From the human T2T-CHM13v2.0 reference genome, Homo sapiens: 64,000 nt of DNA. This document shows positions 1-16,124 of this stretch, one piece after another (position 1 is the stretch's first letter; each line of letters begins with the position of its first letter). Where the stretch lies: the NCBI RefSeq assembly GCF_009914755.1, contig NC_060938.1. The stretch is one strand, 5' to 3'. The notes beneath the pieces were generated by a model. The model saw only the letters and a program-made list of their open reading frames with translations, searched no databases and had not been told where the DNA came from. Both the position numbers and the translations under genes were made by a program.

Positions 1-3400
<3,400 letters not shown>

Positions 3401-4784
3401 TTAGAGTAACATATATATTTATTATCACAATTATCATGATGGATGGTACACATATTTGAAAACTTATGTGATTTATTTTACCTCAGTAAGGCTATTAAAA
3501 ATCAACATCTTTTTGTCCTAAAATAGTCATATGTCACTTAACAACGAGGGTATAGAGATAAGACGATAGTGTACCAATGTGCAAATCAAGATGACTTTTT
3601 TCATAACAGACTCATCTGATTTCTTGTAAAGTAGTGTTCCTGTTACTTTATCTTTCTTTTAAATACCTCATATTTTCAAGGTAAATATACCACTCAAATA
3701 ATGTATGCTTAAACTTTTTGGTAGGGTTTAAAATGGTAAGTCTTTTAGTAATGTATTCTGAATATTATGCTACATTTGAGAGTTGTTATTTGATGCAGGT
3801 TTTCAGTGCTTTCTTCTACCAGGGTCTCTTTGACCCATTTGTTTTAGGCATCATTCTGGGTCATCCTCTTGCAGATGGGCTAATGAGAGTTGAAATAATC
3901 AGAAGTTACAAAAGAACAATATAGTAGACTCAAAGTGTTCTGGACAGTGCCTAGAGTAAATAAATTTTTATTGATTAACTCTTGATTAAATTGTTTAATA
4001 ATTTAGTTAGATTAGCAAGATGAAATCTATCTCTTGAGGGGAACATCATAAGTAGAAATACTGGAACAACTACGATTTCAGAACCCCTTTGATATGAAAA
4101 CTAGAGTCTGTTATGGAGATATGAATCCCTACTTTCTCACTTAAACTAGTAGACAATGCTTCTAATGCATTAGGCAAAATATAGATGAATATTAGTTTTA
4201 ATATCAGTATTGCAAGCTACATCTACTTAGTATGTAACTGGTGAATGTTTTGAAATCTCCATTGCCATAATAAAAATATTACTATGATTTTTTATTTAAA
4301 CATAAATGAAGAATCATTAAATCTAATCTAGGACTGATATTGTATATGGTATTTTGGGTTCTCTGCTGAATATAATATTGTGTTTTTTTTGCTGTTTTAT
4401 GGAATCTATATAATTTACTGCTGCAAAACTCAGTACTTATCAGAGTGAGGTATAAATTGTAATGATGGTGATTAAGTTCCCTGCATAGATACATTGAAGT
4501 TTTAGTGTCATGCTAGGATTCTTTTCATAATGTTCTTGACTACAAAGAATATATGTTAATTGAACTTCACATCCAATGCCAACTAAATGCATTAACAGAG
4601 CATTAGCTCGTTTTAAAAAGAAAGAAAATAAGAAAAGAGAAAGAGAAAAAAAACCTACAACCTTTATTTGGGGATCAAGTAAGATATTTATAATTATTTT
4701 TAAAGTTACCTCCAAAGAAATAAATAAATATTTCTACATTACATGTCATTTTTTTTCATTTCAATTCTTGGCACGTATTACCTG

Positions 4785-4806
4785 TATCTATCTATCCACC
4801 TATCTT

Positions 4807-4850
<44 letters not shown>

Positions 4851-4861
4851 ATCTATCTATA
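4785..4861. repeat. (TATC)n tetranucleotide microsatellite
   Basis: About 9 uninterrupted TATC units at 4812-4847 with degenerate flanks. Confidence 0.95.
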
Positions 4862-5599
4862 TTTTTTAACCAAGACAAAAGACATCTCATTTTATAATTT
4901 CTTCATATAATATTGACAGAATACATTGTTTTGGGAAAAAAGTTTTGTTAAGAAATAATACTAATCATATGGGGTTTTTTTTGCAATTTCACAGACTGAC
5001 ATTTTCTTAACCTAGCTTTTCCTGTCATGACCACCACTGCTTCTTGTAGACGCCATGCAAACTTCATGCTTATACTATATCCCATTTTAAAAGAGAAGAA
5101 AATGGTGCACACAAATTACATGGTGAAAATCTTGTAATGTATTGAGAAGAACTAACGCATATCACGTGCATTTTTAAGTTAGTGTTTTCTTTAGCTAGAC
5201 TATTAAATGGTAGAATAGATTGTTTTACTATTTTTAAAAATTAATCTTATTTATCCCACTATCTTACATTTTAGGGTCACTAACTCTGAGATTGCTATCT
5301 AATTGTAATCCCCCCAAACTGTTTCTTCCTAAAAGAAAACTGATTGGATTAGGTATCTCTCTTCTTCCTTATAGCTTGTGCCACAGGAGAGGCTGGAACA
5401 ATCCCCTGCTCTAAGGACAGATCCTAGTGAGTTTGAGCTGATGATGGTGGTCCCTTTCTCTTGGTAGTGCTTGGTTTAGCTGTAGGCATATACTGTCAGT
5501 CCAGCAGAACAGATGACTGATGTTGTGCTACAAGGAAAAATACTCAGAAAAAAAAACCTATTTCTCTGTAACCCAGTGAAAGTTAACAATTATGCACAC

Positions 5600-6570
5600 A
5601 AAATGAGGCCATACTATAGATATTCATTTACATCAGCTTTTTCATGTAACAATATATTGTGAATATTTGTTCTGTGGTAGTACATATGAAACGGGGCAAG
5701 TTCCCTTGTTCCCTTCGCAGGGCGTGCGGTAGTGGCTCGTTTCTTCAGTGCCCGCTGCTCAAACCTCTAGGGGAGCATAGAGGCAGGCAGGTTGTGGGGC
5801 TCTGTCCCCACAGCAGTGGCTAGGGATGAATGTTTCCAGCTCCTGACGCCCCAGTGGGCTTGTGCTACAGTGTGCTCTTTCAGTTTTGGCATCTAGGCTG
5901 CTTGTGTTAACCAGCTCAATTAGACCCTCTACCTTGTGGCAAGGACAGAAGGCTTCCTGTATTCCGGGTTCTTGCCTTGGTGTACTGGAAGAATTGGATC
6001 ACACCTGGGCTTGGAGAAGGAATAAGAAGTTTTACTGAGTGGAGGTAACTCTCAGCAGATGGGGGAAGCGAGAAGGGGGATGGAGTGGGAAGGTTTTCCC
6101 CTGGAGTGGGGCCACTCCTTGGCCTGGGCTCTCCTCCCACTGCCCCAGCCAAACTCTGCGTAGTTCTCCCAGTCCATGGCCTGCCAGCTGCCGGCGTCTG
6201 CCAGTGCCTGTTGGCATGCTCTTCAACTGATGTGCTTTTCTAGACGTCCAGCGGCCTGTGTGTCTGCCTGCTGGGGTATGGGGGGGTGATATTTATAGGA
6301 ACAGGGTGCGGGTGTGGCAGGCCAGGGTGGTCTTGGCAAATACAACATTTGGGCAGGAAAACAAAAAAGCCCTAGCCAGGGACCCGCCCTTCCCTTCCCA
6401 GCACTTCCCTGCCCCACTTCCGTATCACACACACAGCTACTTCCTTCTATTTTATGACTATATTATATTTAAATGTATGGCTCTATGTAACCAGTCTTCC
6501 GATGTAGGCAGTTGAGTGTTTCTAATATTTTGTTATTACAGATGGTCACAATAAAAATCTTTGTTGCACA
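5600..6570 (-). mobile_element. L1ME-like 3' fragment interrupted by an ERV1 LTR (pieces about 5600-5686 and 6428-6570)
   Basis: Resembles antisense old L1 3' UTR: AACCAGTCTTCCGATGTAGGCAGTTGAGTGTTTCTAATATTTTGTTATTACA. The sequence reads continuously across the LTR. Confidence 0.6.
5687..6427 (-). mobile_element. ERV1 solo LTR (LTR1/LTR27/LTR28/MER52 group)
   Basis: GC-rich 741-bp block with TGAAACGG...CCGTATCA termini. The minus strand starts TGATACGGAAGTGGGGCAGGGAAGTGCTGGG. Near-TSD CATA/CACA. Confidence 0.85.
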
Positions 6571-7019
6571 TGCACACACACATATGCAGAAATCCCAAAA
6601 AATGATTTCTCTCAATTTTTTTTCATTTCTGGAACTGACACACAGAATGGTTAAATTTGTCTAGTCTGAAGAGACACCTAAGATTCAAAAGATGTACACA
6701 ACCTACTTCCTTTAGGATATTTTTGAGCATTGAGTTAATGAAGTCTAGATTTTTTTCTATGCTTAAACTTTAGTGATATAGGGTAACAAATGTCCTTATT
6801 GTTGAAAGCCACTTTAAGCTCTTTTTATTGTTCCTTGCAACAGAATGTATCCTAACCAGTATGCACTTACTAAATATTTTATTGTTTGTAACCATAATAA
6901 TCAGTTACTCCAGGCTATCCTTAGAATTATTTTGCTGAAAAAAATCACTCTAGTGAGTGAAGAAGAAAAACACAAATCTGTATTCCAAATACTTCAGTAA
7001 ATTCAGGTATATTTTAAAA

Positions 7020-7400
7020 ATATATTCTTAACAAATATTTATGAAACATTTCAATTTATTGGTAATAATGTGATTAAAAATAGACACAGGTTCAATCATC
7101 TTGGCAACTCTGGTGTATATGGAGAGGCAGAAATTTAAAAAAACGATGAAAAGGAAAATAAGCATAATTGTGACAACTGCTATCAAGGAAGTGCTTCATG
7201 TGTTTGAAAGAATGTAATCAAAGTAAAGGTAGGGTGGAGTGAAAAGAAGATCTAGAAAGCCTAGACACAGAATAGGATGCATGACAGCCTTGGGGTAAGC
7301 AATAATATGGCATACTTAAGAAATTAAAAGCAAGTTTGCCAGGTTATAGTGTGGTAGCCATCTGGCCACATGAAGTAACAAAGGGAATCACATCATGGGC
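7020..7400 (-). mobile_element. L2 fragment
   Basis: ATTCTTAACAAATATTTATGAA...AAAATAGACACAGG...TGGAGAGGCAGA resembles an antisense L2 3' end. Confidence 0.55.
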
Positions 7401-7779
7401 CTTCAAAAGCAGCAGCGTCTCACCAGAATCAGCACACTGTTTCATGCACCCAGGTGATTTCAATCGTACCCCACAGAGAAATAAAACAATTTAATATTGT
7501 TTTTCAGCAAAACTATCCTATGAAAGCCAATAGAGTCTAAAGAATATTATAGCAAAATGGTTTGATTATACCTTACCAAAAGTCAGTGCATGCTTGTCTG
7601 CAAAGCTGCTGCTGAGCAGGAAAGAAACTAAAAGATGAATCAGGGTGGATATGGAAACTGATTAGACTGCTGTTCAAATAAATGCACTTTTTGTGTCAAA
7701 TATGTTTCTTTTTTCTTTTCCATGTTCTTTAACATTGCCTAATCTACTAGAAACCAGTGATAACATATGAGAAAGCCAG

Positions 7780-8129
7780 TGCAATAGTTTCCATGTCTGT
7801 GTCCCCACAAATTTATATGTGGAAATGTTTAACCCCAAGCATGGTAGTATTAAGAAGTGATGTCTTTGAGAGATAATTACATCATAAGAGTGGAGCACTA
7901 ATCCCATGAATGGGATCCCAGAAACTTCTCTAGTCCTCTCTCTGTCATGTGAAGATACAAGAGAACACAATAGTCTGCAACCCAAAAGAGGGCTCTCCCC
8001 AGCACCCAGCCATGATGACATCCTGATCTTAAACTTTCAGCCTCCAGAACTTCAAGAAATAAATTGATGTCATTTACAAGCCATCTAATCTATGTTATTT
8101 TTGTTATAGCAGCCCTAACAGATAAGACA
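7780..8129 (+). mobile_element. MLT1A/MLT1A0 MaLR solo LTR
   Basis: TG...TGTGTCCCCACAAATTTATATGTGGAA...CTTTCAGCCTCCAGAACT...AATAAATT...TTGTTATAGCAGCCCTAACAGATAAGACA. Confidence 0.88.
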
Positions 8130-11100
8130 CCAAAGTATTTCAATATCATTTACTATATCAATTTTTTCTGTATACAACATAAATAACACTACATTTATTT
8201 TTTTTCATGCTAGATTGATTTAGTTGTTTTACTAGAGTTGAATTTTGATCAAAATATTGAATGGCTTAAAAATTAGTTTAAAAAGTCATTTCATTGAACT
8301 AAATGCTGTCTACTGTTTTGGACACTTTTTGCATTTCAACTAAAATGTGATAAAGTAACTCCATGCGTAGGCAGTTATAAATTTGTCTTGAACACATGTA
8401 AATAATATCGTTTTAAAAGTCTGTGTGTGTAGAAGGTAAAATGTGAAATTAGCTGGGAAGTAGCTTCAGTGGCAGCATTTGCAGTGAATATTTTGAGGTT
8501 TTACAGATGACTCATTTCTTCTTGATTTGCAGACGTATACTTATGATCTAGATAAAACACTAGAATGTGTGAAGTCCATTGATTGGCAACTTTAGAAAAA
8601 TTATTCAGTGTTCATATTATGAAATTAAGCTTGAAGAAAACATCTGCTTATGGCCTCTCACACACCATAGCTAGGGACATCATTTGTCATACTTTGGGGC
8701 TTCAAACACAAGATAGTTGGGAGGAATTTTTTCTAAAACCTATTAACTACAATAATCAGATATGGGAATAGGAGCACGGTCATTAGCAGTAAGGGCAAAT
8801 TGAATTGTGGGTATTTTTAATGCCATTAAAATTTATTTATCTATTTATGATCGTTAATTTGAGGATGCAGTGTTCCTTACAGTTAGGAACACAGGTGGGA
8901 GAGTGAAAGTGAGATTATTTGAAAGGTATCAACTACGAAATCCAACTATCTCAAGAAGCAGTGAGAATGATAAACATGCTCTACCTGCCCTGGCAGTTAG
9001 AATGATGTCCTGGAATTGCTAAACTAAGCTTTTCAGAAGTCAAATCTGAGTATTATTATAAGGAAAATAACCCAAAATACATGTTTTGTATGTTTAAAAA
9101 AAAAAAAAAGCAGTTGTCTCCCTATTTCACTGATGCCTGAGATCTCAAGATGATATCTGGGAAATTTTCAATTTTATATAAGTCAGTTAAGAATTATAGG
9201 ACCTTGATGTATCTCTTCACAGCACAATTTTAAGGGACAGCTAAATTGGGGTTTTCTATTTTGGTTCCTACTATTTTAGCTTTGAAAGTCACGTTAAGCA
9301 ATATAAAAATGTTGCTAGATGCCTTTTTTTCAGGAGGGATTGTTGATTATGGGGAAACATGAACTGATAAGAAGTAGTAATACAACTTCAAATTAACAAA
9401 TTTTCAAATTAAAGTAAGAATTTCTTCTAAAATATCTAATAGATAAAAAAGATCAAATTTATTCTTGACATATGACTAGTAAATCAAACTGATAGAAAAG
9501 TCTAATGCATTCTTCTGTAAAATGATCATTTGGAATGAGAAAAGTAGCTTGTCTGAAGGCCTTAGTTTATTCTTAATTATGTCTGGAATGCAATTGCTTG
9601 GAAAGCTTGCAGAGTGATTTCAGAGCAATGATATTTTATATATTGTGACAGACTGAACAATCAGCAGGATGTTGAACAAAACAATGTAGTACCAAATTTG
9701 CTCCTGAACCATCGCAAAAATTATGGGAATATTCTTTTCCTTAGAAGAGTAATTCCAAGGTCAAGATTTTGTTTCCTCTTAAAAGTGAAGAGACATTTTA
9801 CATCTTGCTCTCACTTTACCTGATGTAATGAGAGTACAGAAGATGCTCAGTGAAATGCATCATTGCTTAGAGAGTTTAAAATTCATAGAAATGAATGTAA
9901 CAGATAGTTTTGATTCCACCATGAAATGCATTTGTGCAAACAAGTGGAGGAAAAGATGTTTTATATTTACTTATTACAGCCATTAAAGTTAAGGTTTTAA
10001 TTTCTTAATTTTAGTAATTTTATCAGACAAATAGAACTGCCCCAAACCTCAGGCTCTATGAATGTGTATATGTGTGTGTACATATAAATTTAAGTTCTGT
10101 TTTAGAATGGATTCTGAAATTCTGTAAGTCATATATGATTGTGCACTAAACAGTTTGAAGATCTCAGATATAAACCCATGATAACAAAGCTAATAAATAT
10201 TTTCAAGAATTTAGCAGGGGAAGAGCCTTTAAAATAACATAAAATCAATGAAACAAGTCATTTCAAGTGAGAAATATCATGTTAGCTTCCTAAAACTGAG
10301 AACAATAATTTACAACATGAATGAGTTTAGTATTGCTTTTAAAATGGTGTCTGAATATTTGAGTAATTATAATTATTATGCTTAAAGAAGCATCAATATC
10401 TTAAAGATTAATATCAATGCATCATTAGCAAAAGGGCATTACAAAGGAAATTGAATGCTAATAAAATTTTTAAAAGTATGCGCAGTAAAATCCAAGTTTT
10501 CGAAAATCGTCTAAAAATAAAGGCTTACTTCTTGAATTTCCATTAAAATAATTATAGTAAGACTGTACTTCTTAAAATTTTTATTTCATTTTTATGTTTT
10601 AATCTAGGCCCCAAAGAACCATTTTCTTCAAAAATATCATTTTATTTAATTAACATATATATGAAAAAGCCCATAAGGCTAAACTTTAATAGGGTTCATA
10701 TTTACTGTATTTAAGCCAGAGAAAGTAAAACAACAAGAATACTGTTTTTAAAATGCAGAATTCTCCATGCGCGTACAAGATTTTACAAAGCGAACTCTGT
10801 TAGATGAGGGGCAAAAAAGTTGTAAACTAATAGTTTTTCATTAAATTCACCTTAGTTTCCTTCTTTTATCAGCAAGTGGCCTTTGTTGTAGTGTTCTTGG
10901 CATCTTTTCTGTCATGAATAACCTGACACCATTTTCTATCCTATTTAATTATCCTCTCTGGCTTAAAGCATAATCAGCATCAAACCAGCTGTGCAACCTT
11001 GAATGAATACCATTTCAATAATGCATTGATTTTTTAAAAAGCACAAGGTGGCTATTAATTTTACTTGAAACCCTCCCTCCTGACTATAGCCTGTACACAA

Positions 11101-11887
11101 TTTTAGAAGCTGTATCCATTTGCTGCTAAGTAGTACTATCCCTAGTGCACTCATTATACCAAAGGATTCTCTCAGTCTGACACTATGACTGGCCAGACAA
11201 CTATTAGTAGCCAAGAAAGGCACTTCTTGACAAGGAGGCATCCTGATTATTATGATTGACTGGATCATTGAAAATCTTTCTAGTAGCACAAAAAATAGGC
11301 AAATTGCTAGAAAGAAAGAGAGAGAAGAAACTTCCCAAAATCCTTTCCACTAGCATAAGTAGTCCATGTATTAAGAGCACCTGCATGTGAAGAACCTACA
11401 GTCTTGATAGAGAGATGTTGATACTTCAATCAATAGCAATGTTAGATTGCTGGCAGAAAAGGCCTTAAACCCTCTAAAAAGAAGCACATTAATCATGAGC
11501 ATGTAGTGTCTAGGTCTGAATCTTCGCCAGTGATGAAGCACAGGACTTACAGTAAGTGAATTACGTGGGTTTTGGCATGAATTCTAAATTTCAAATTTCA
11601 CCTTGGCTGACCCATGCAGCTTTATAGAATTATCAAAGTCTAAAAAGGGATTTTATGCCACCATTTTTTCACAGAGTGGATGTCATAAAGTCATGGACTA
11701 TCAGTGCTGGAAAGAACCTTGGTTATTCAATACAACTCATTAATTAATCAATGAAAAACAAACACACAAACAAGGAGAGCTCAAGTGAATTACCAAATAT
11801 ATAAAGTCTACTTTTTAAAATACTTTTTTTCATATTATTGCCATCATTACTACTGTTATTATGAACTTTGGATGAATGTGATATCTT

Positions 11888-14365
11888 GTCTAGATTGGGC
11901 AATATAATATATAAACTGCCATCTATAATAAATAATCCCCAAATCTCTGTCTCTTAACACAAAATGGTTTTATTTTCTCCTTACAAAAAATGCAAACTTA
12001 GTTGTTTCTGGTTAGATGGCAACCTTCAACCTGGTCATTTACGGTCCAAGATTTGTTTCCTCCTCTGGATTCACTGTAGAGCCTTGTCCTCTGCTGGATC
12101 ATCAGCAACAGGCAGCTTGTGGATGAATGCGAGTGTGAAGGATTATCCAGGAGATGTTTATGAGCCAGGACTGGAAATTGAGTATCTATTGGTCATGTAG
12201 CTATACCTAACTGCAAGGGTGGCTGGGAAATGTAGTTTCACTCTGCACCTTGGAATGTGGTGGATGCTGTGGTATGTCATTCAGATCCCGGCTTCAGTAC
12301 CAAGGAGCTTATATTTTCAGCTGTTTGGAGAACTGACAAGGGATGACTTTCAGTAATTCACTGTCTGGGAATTGCTCTCTGACAGAGATCTGACGCAGCT
12401 GTGCCCCATTCTCAGAAGCATCCCACTTCTAGGACCAGTCCATGGGGGATATAAAGGCCTGGTCCATTTGCTACAAAACAAAGACAACTCTGAAGGACCA
12501 TTTTTAGCTCCAGTATTTCCTGTGGGACGGCTGAGGCATTTGATGTGAATCCATAACAACTCAACTCCTGCTTCATACTTCCTCCACTCCACCTGTAAAT
12601 CTGTATATCACAGTCGATTTCTTGGGGAATTAAAGGAAAGTAGGAAGGAATTTAAGGAAAGACAGGAAAGTCAAGGGAAAAGTAGTCTCTGCACATTTTG
12701 CCTTTTGATCTGCAAATTTTTATTTTATTCTTCCTCACTCATATAGGGCACATTTGCCCTGTCTAGATACTCCATCCATATTGAAGTATAGATTTTCTGG
12801 TGGTGTATTGGCTTCTCTAGCATGTCCAGCCATGTTCTCTTGGCCCAGTAATCAATAAAACAGAAAAGACAAGTTATCTGCCTCTAATACATTAAATACA
12901 TAATGGTGGAGAAGGCTCAGAAGAACAAAAGAAAATATGAAAATTGAAAGTCTCAGCCATTACAGATACATTTTGGTGTTTAATACACTGCTAGACATAT
13001 CTTATGAAGACTTGCATTTGGGGTGAAGGTTGATGAAAAAACTCCTTGATAAGACTGATTTTTACCTCTTGGAAAAATATTGTTGTTTTCCTATCCATTC
13101 CTCTGTCTGGGTCTTGGCTCAACCATTCTTAGGGCCTTTTTTATTTGTTATCATTCGTGATCATATCTTATGTGAACAAAGAAGAGTATGTCCTGGATAG
13201 AATCTGTTAGAGTCAGGATTTTTTTTAAGACTTGAAAGTCGCAGGCATTGTCAGACACTCTTAGTTTATTTTGCCTGTATAATTTCCACACTAACTTGCT
13301 AAGCTTATGATTTCGTTGAGTCCAGTCAGTTCCATGGGCCAGTAGGCATACCCAAGACATACTTCTTACTTTTACTTCTGAGTTTCCTAGGCCTTTTACC
13401 CTCTCTTTCTCTCAACTTCATGGCAGCTATGTTGACGTGATTTAAACTAAAAGACTAACGTGGGAAGGAATAGCACTAGGAATACCACTAAGGTGAGTCG
13501 TAGATTTTTTTTAACTATTTAAATTTTTTAGCAATGTGATTTTCACTGAACCTTTTTCAAGTTTGTTTTTCACTTAGTTCTTTTAGAGATGAGTCTAAAA
13601 TGATTGCCTTTTCAATTCTTAAAGCCTTTTTATCTCTGGATACTCTCCAGTTCTTTTGAAACTTTGTAACTCTTAGCTTTCTTGAATGCCTTGCTAAAGG
13701 CAGCCCATAGTGACAGACACATTTTCACTCTGTTTTTTCCCACTTTCTTTAGAGCAATAGGCTCACTATTTATATAACCTGCCTTCCACGTTATGGCAGA
13801 TAGAAGTTTCATCACAGCTCAAGAGAACTCTCTAGGCTTTTTTGGTCCATTCCATGACTACTAAATAAATGCCACAAATTTTTGTGTTTTTGCTGGCACC
13901 ACATCAATTACTGTTCAATATTCTGTAGTATTTAGGGTAACTGTTATGGCCAGGAGGTAAGAATTGTACCAAATATTTCTCTGAATTCAAAGTGAATTCT
14001 CTGAATTCAAATAACACAATAAGAAGTTATTTCTCACACACATAAAGTACAATATGGATTTTCCCAGTCTTTGTGCAGCCTTGGACTTTTTCATCTAGGC
14101 ACTCAGACTGTTTTGCTCTGCTGTGCTGTGTTTCTCTGAGGCTTAAGATGGATTGCCTCTGGAAGGCAGTTAGGGGAAGAGAGGACATAGAGACTACTTG
14201 TAGGAGTGTGAAGGGACAAAGCCTGGAAGTAATGTGCTTCAATTTCAAGTCTTTAGCCATGACTCAGTCATAGCCACAAGTAAATGTAAGGGATGCTGGA
14301 AAATATAGTCTGCTTACTCACCAGGATGTAGAGGCACATTTCATGAGCACAGAATATCTGCTACA
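11888..14365 (-). mobile_element. Ancient MLT1 (J/K/L-type) MaLR provirus remnant: LTR about 11888-12260, internal about 12700-13920, LTR about 13923-14365
   Basis: Both ends carry the same degenerate motif: GTCATGTAGCTATACCTAACTGCAAGGGTGGCTGGGAAATGTAGT and GTCATAGCCACAAGTAAATGTAAGGGATGCTGGAAAATATAGT. ORF 13630-13815 (LLSAITWKAGY..E..AL) resembles MLT internal sequence. Confidence 0.6.
12257..12632 (+). mobile_element. LTR16-family (ERVL) solo LTR
   Basis: CAGATCCC...GGGAATTGCTCTC...GGATATAAAGGCCTGG...GACAACTCTGAAGGACCAT...AGTCGATTTCTTGGGGAA. Confidence 0.7.
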
Positions 14366-15252
14366 GATTCTTACTTCCTATGTATTGTCCGCTTAAACCT
14401 CATTATAATAAAAACTGCATAACAAATATGTGTTATCATTATTAATACATTTCCTGACCACTCAGAGTTAATAATTTTACTCCTCAGAGATAATATTCTT
14501 ATATTTTAAAAATAAGATATGCAAGACATTAAGCAAGTTATGTCATTCCAAAAAATTCTTCTGGGGAAACTGTGTAATTTTATGAATTGGTTAAGGACAG
14601 GAACAAGCAATGCTTTTATATCCAAAGGAAATGACTTTTGGAAAATAATTATTAACTCCAAGAGCACATAGGCATCAAAACCAAATATCACTTTTTTTCC
14701 CTTCTCCTGAGTTGTACCCTCTAATTACATTTAATACTTCCTAAGTAAACACCATATAAATCAGAGTTTTCTTTAAAAATGAAAACAATCGCATATCCAC
14801 AACGTAATGTTGGGGTATTTGCATGGCAATCACAAAGCAATTATATTGTCTTTCTTTTAATTTAGTCAACTCTAGCTCCTAAATCCTGTTCAGGCAAAGT
14901 GGTTGAGCTAAGTAACTTTTAACTACCAAAGTGTTTATATTGTATAGCAGTTGTCATTGGTACTTTTGTAATTACTCTGCTATTTATTTTTCTTAGTTTA
15001 GTAATTTGGAAAAAGAGTGTTGGAGACATCAGTTAAGCATTTATACAAATCTATCAAACTGGCTGTATTTTTAATATTCAGGTTTAATAATTATCCATAT
15101 TTACTATGGAAAATTGAGTAATAAATTATAGATAAAAGAGTATAAAAGTTATTCTAAAACACGAACTTGTATGAAAGTAAAACCAAAGATTAAATTATAA
15201 AATCAGCCTTTTTATTCTTATTTTGGAAAGTTTTGTATGTCTGTGTTTCACA

Positions 15253-15515
15253 TTACTTTTTAAAGTAAACTTTTATGAAATATCACTTACATACAAAAAT
15301 GAACAATTTATAATTTTGTAGCATGAAGAATTTCCATAAATTGAACTTATTCATATAATCAAATCCTCATATCATAAATAGAACATTACCAACAACACAG
15401 AAACCCCTTTCATGCCCTATCCTAATCATCATCCTCTAAAAGTTAACTTCTATACTGATTTCTATTGCTATGGATTAGTTTTGCCTTTTTAAGGATTGTA
15501 GGAAGTTGGAACTAT
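15253..15515 (-). mobile_element. Old L1 (L1ME/MC) 3' end fragment
   Basis: AACTTTTATGAAATATCACTTACATAC...ATAGAACATTACCAAC...GATTAGTTTTGCC. Confidence 0.75.
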
Positions 15516-15529
15516 AAAAAAAAGTAATA

Positions 15530-15989
15530 CAGTGGATCCTAGGTTGGGCTATCTGTTCCCCCTTTCAAACTAAAGCAATTATTCCCATGGTAGCCATGAA
15601 TTTTGGCTGCGGACAGCTCACAGATGTATCCCTCTCAGAGAATTGTCCTTGGAGGGAAAACACCCAAGGTTACACCTTCTCGATGGAGGCAACCTACACA
15701 TAATACCAAGTGAGGTACAATGGCGAAGCCCTGTTACTTCAATTTGGGACCAATCTAAAGGAGCCTCCCTCTACAGTTGAGAATGAATTCCATCTCTCAA
15801 CTCTAGAGATGAAATGCGATGGAATCATCACACACTTCCACTGTAACACATTGCAGTTGAACATCTTCCTGTACTTCATTTTAGTTTTTCTCACTCACCA
15901 CAAATGTTGTTTTTCAGATCTTCTTCCTAGAAACTTCTGTCATGCATTTTCATGCCTCAGAGACTGTTCCAGGGAATACATCTAAAGCA
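15530..15989 (+). mobile_element. LTR16A-like 5' LTR of an ERVL (HERV16-type) provirus
   Basis: GGCTGCGGACAGCTCACAG...GAGAATTGTCCTTGG...TCAATTTGGGAC...CTCAGAGACTGTTCCAGGGAATACATCTAAAGCA, followed directly by internal sequence. Confidence 0.75.
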
Positions 15990-16124
15990 GTTGGTAATGG
16001 GAGTGTTTCTAGGATGAAATCTCTAAAATAGGTTTTTGAAGATGGAATAGCTGCTATCAGGCTGACAATGAGAACCATTATTAAAAGTAGGTTGAATACC
16101 AATAGCTCCTGGTATGCACTAACA

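Larger units (their letters stand above)
5300..6863 (+). mobile_element. Old MaLR (MLT1-type) LTR split by later insertions (pieces about 5300-5560 and 6620-6863)
   Basis: The 3' piece ends AAATGTCCTTATTGTTGAAAGCCACTTT...TTCCTTGCAACAGAATGTATCCTAACC, resembling MLT1 LTR 3' ends. The 5' piece is a more tentative match. Confidence 0.45.

Noticed and set aside
5916-6515. GC-rich ORF cluster resembling a first exon or CpG island
   Set aside because: Explained by an ERV1 solo LTR with TG..CA ends.
10963-11289. 108-aa ORF in unique sequence
   Set aside because: Non-ATG start, no recognisable domain, and a length within chance expectation.
13977-14011. 15-bp direct repeat TTCTCTGAATTCAAA
   Set aside because: Ordinary slippage duplication within an old LTR.
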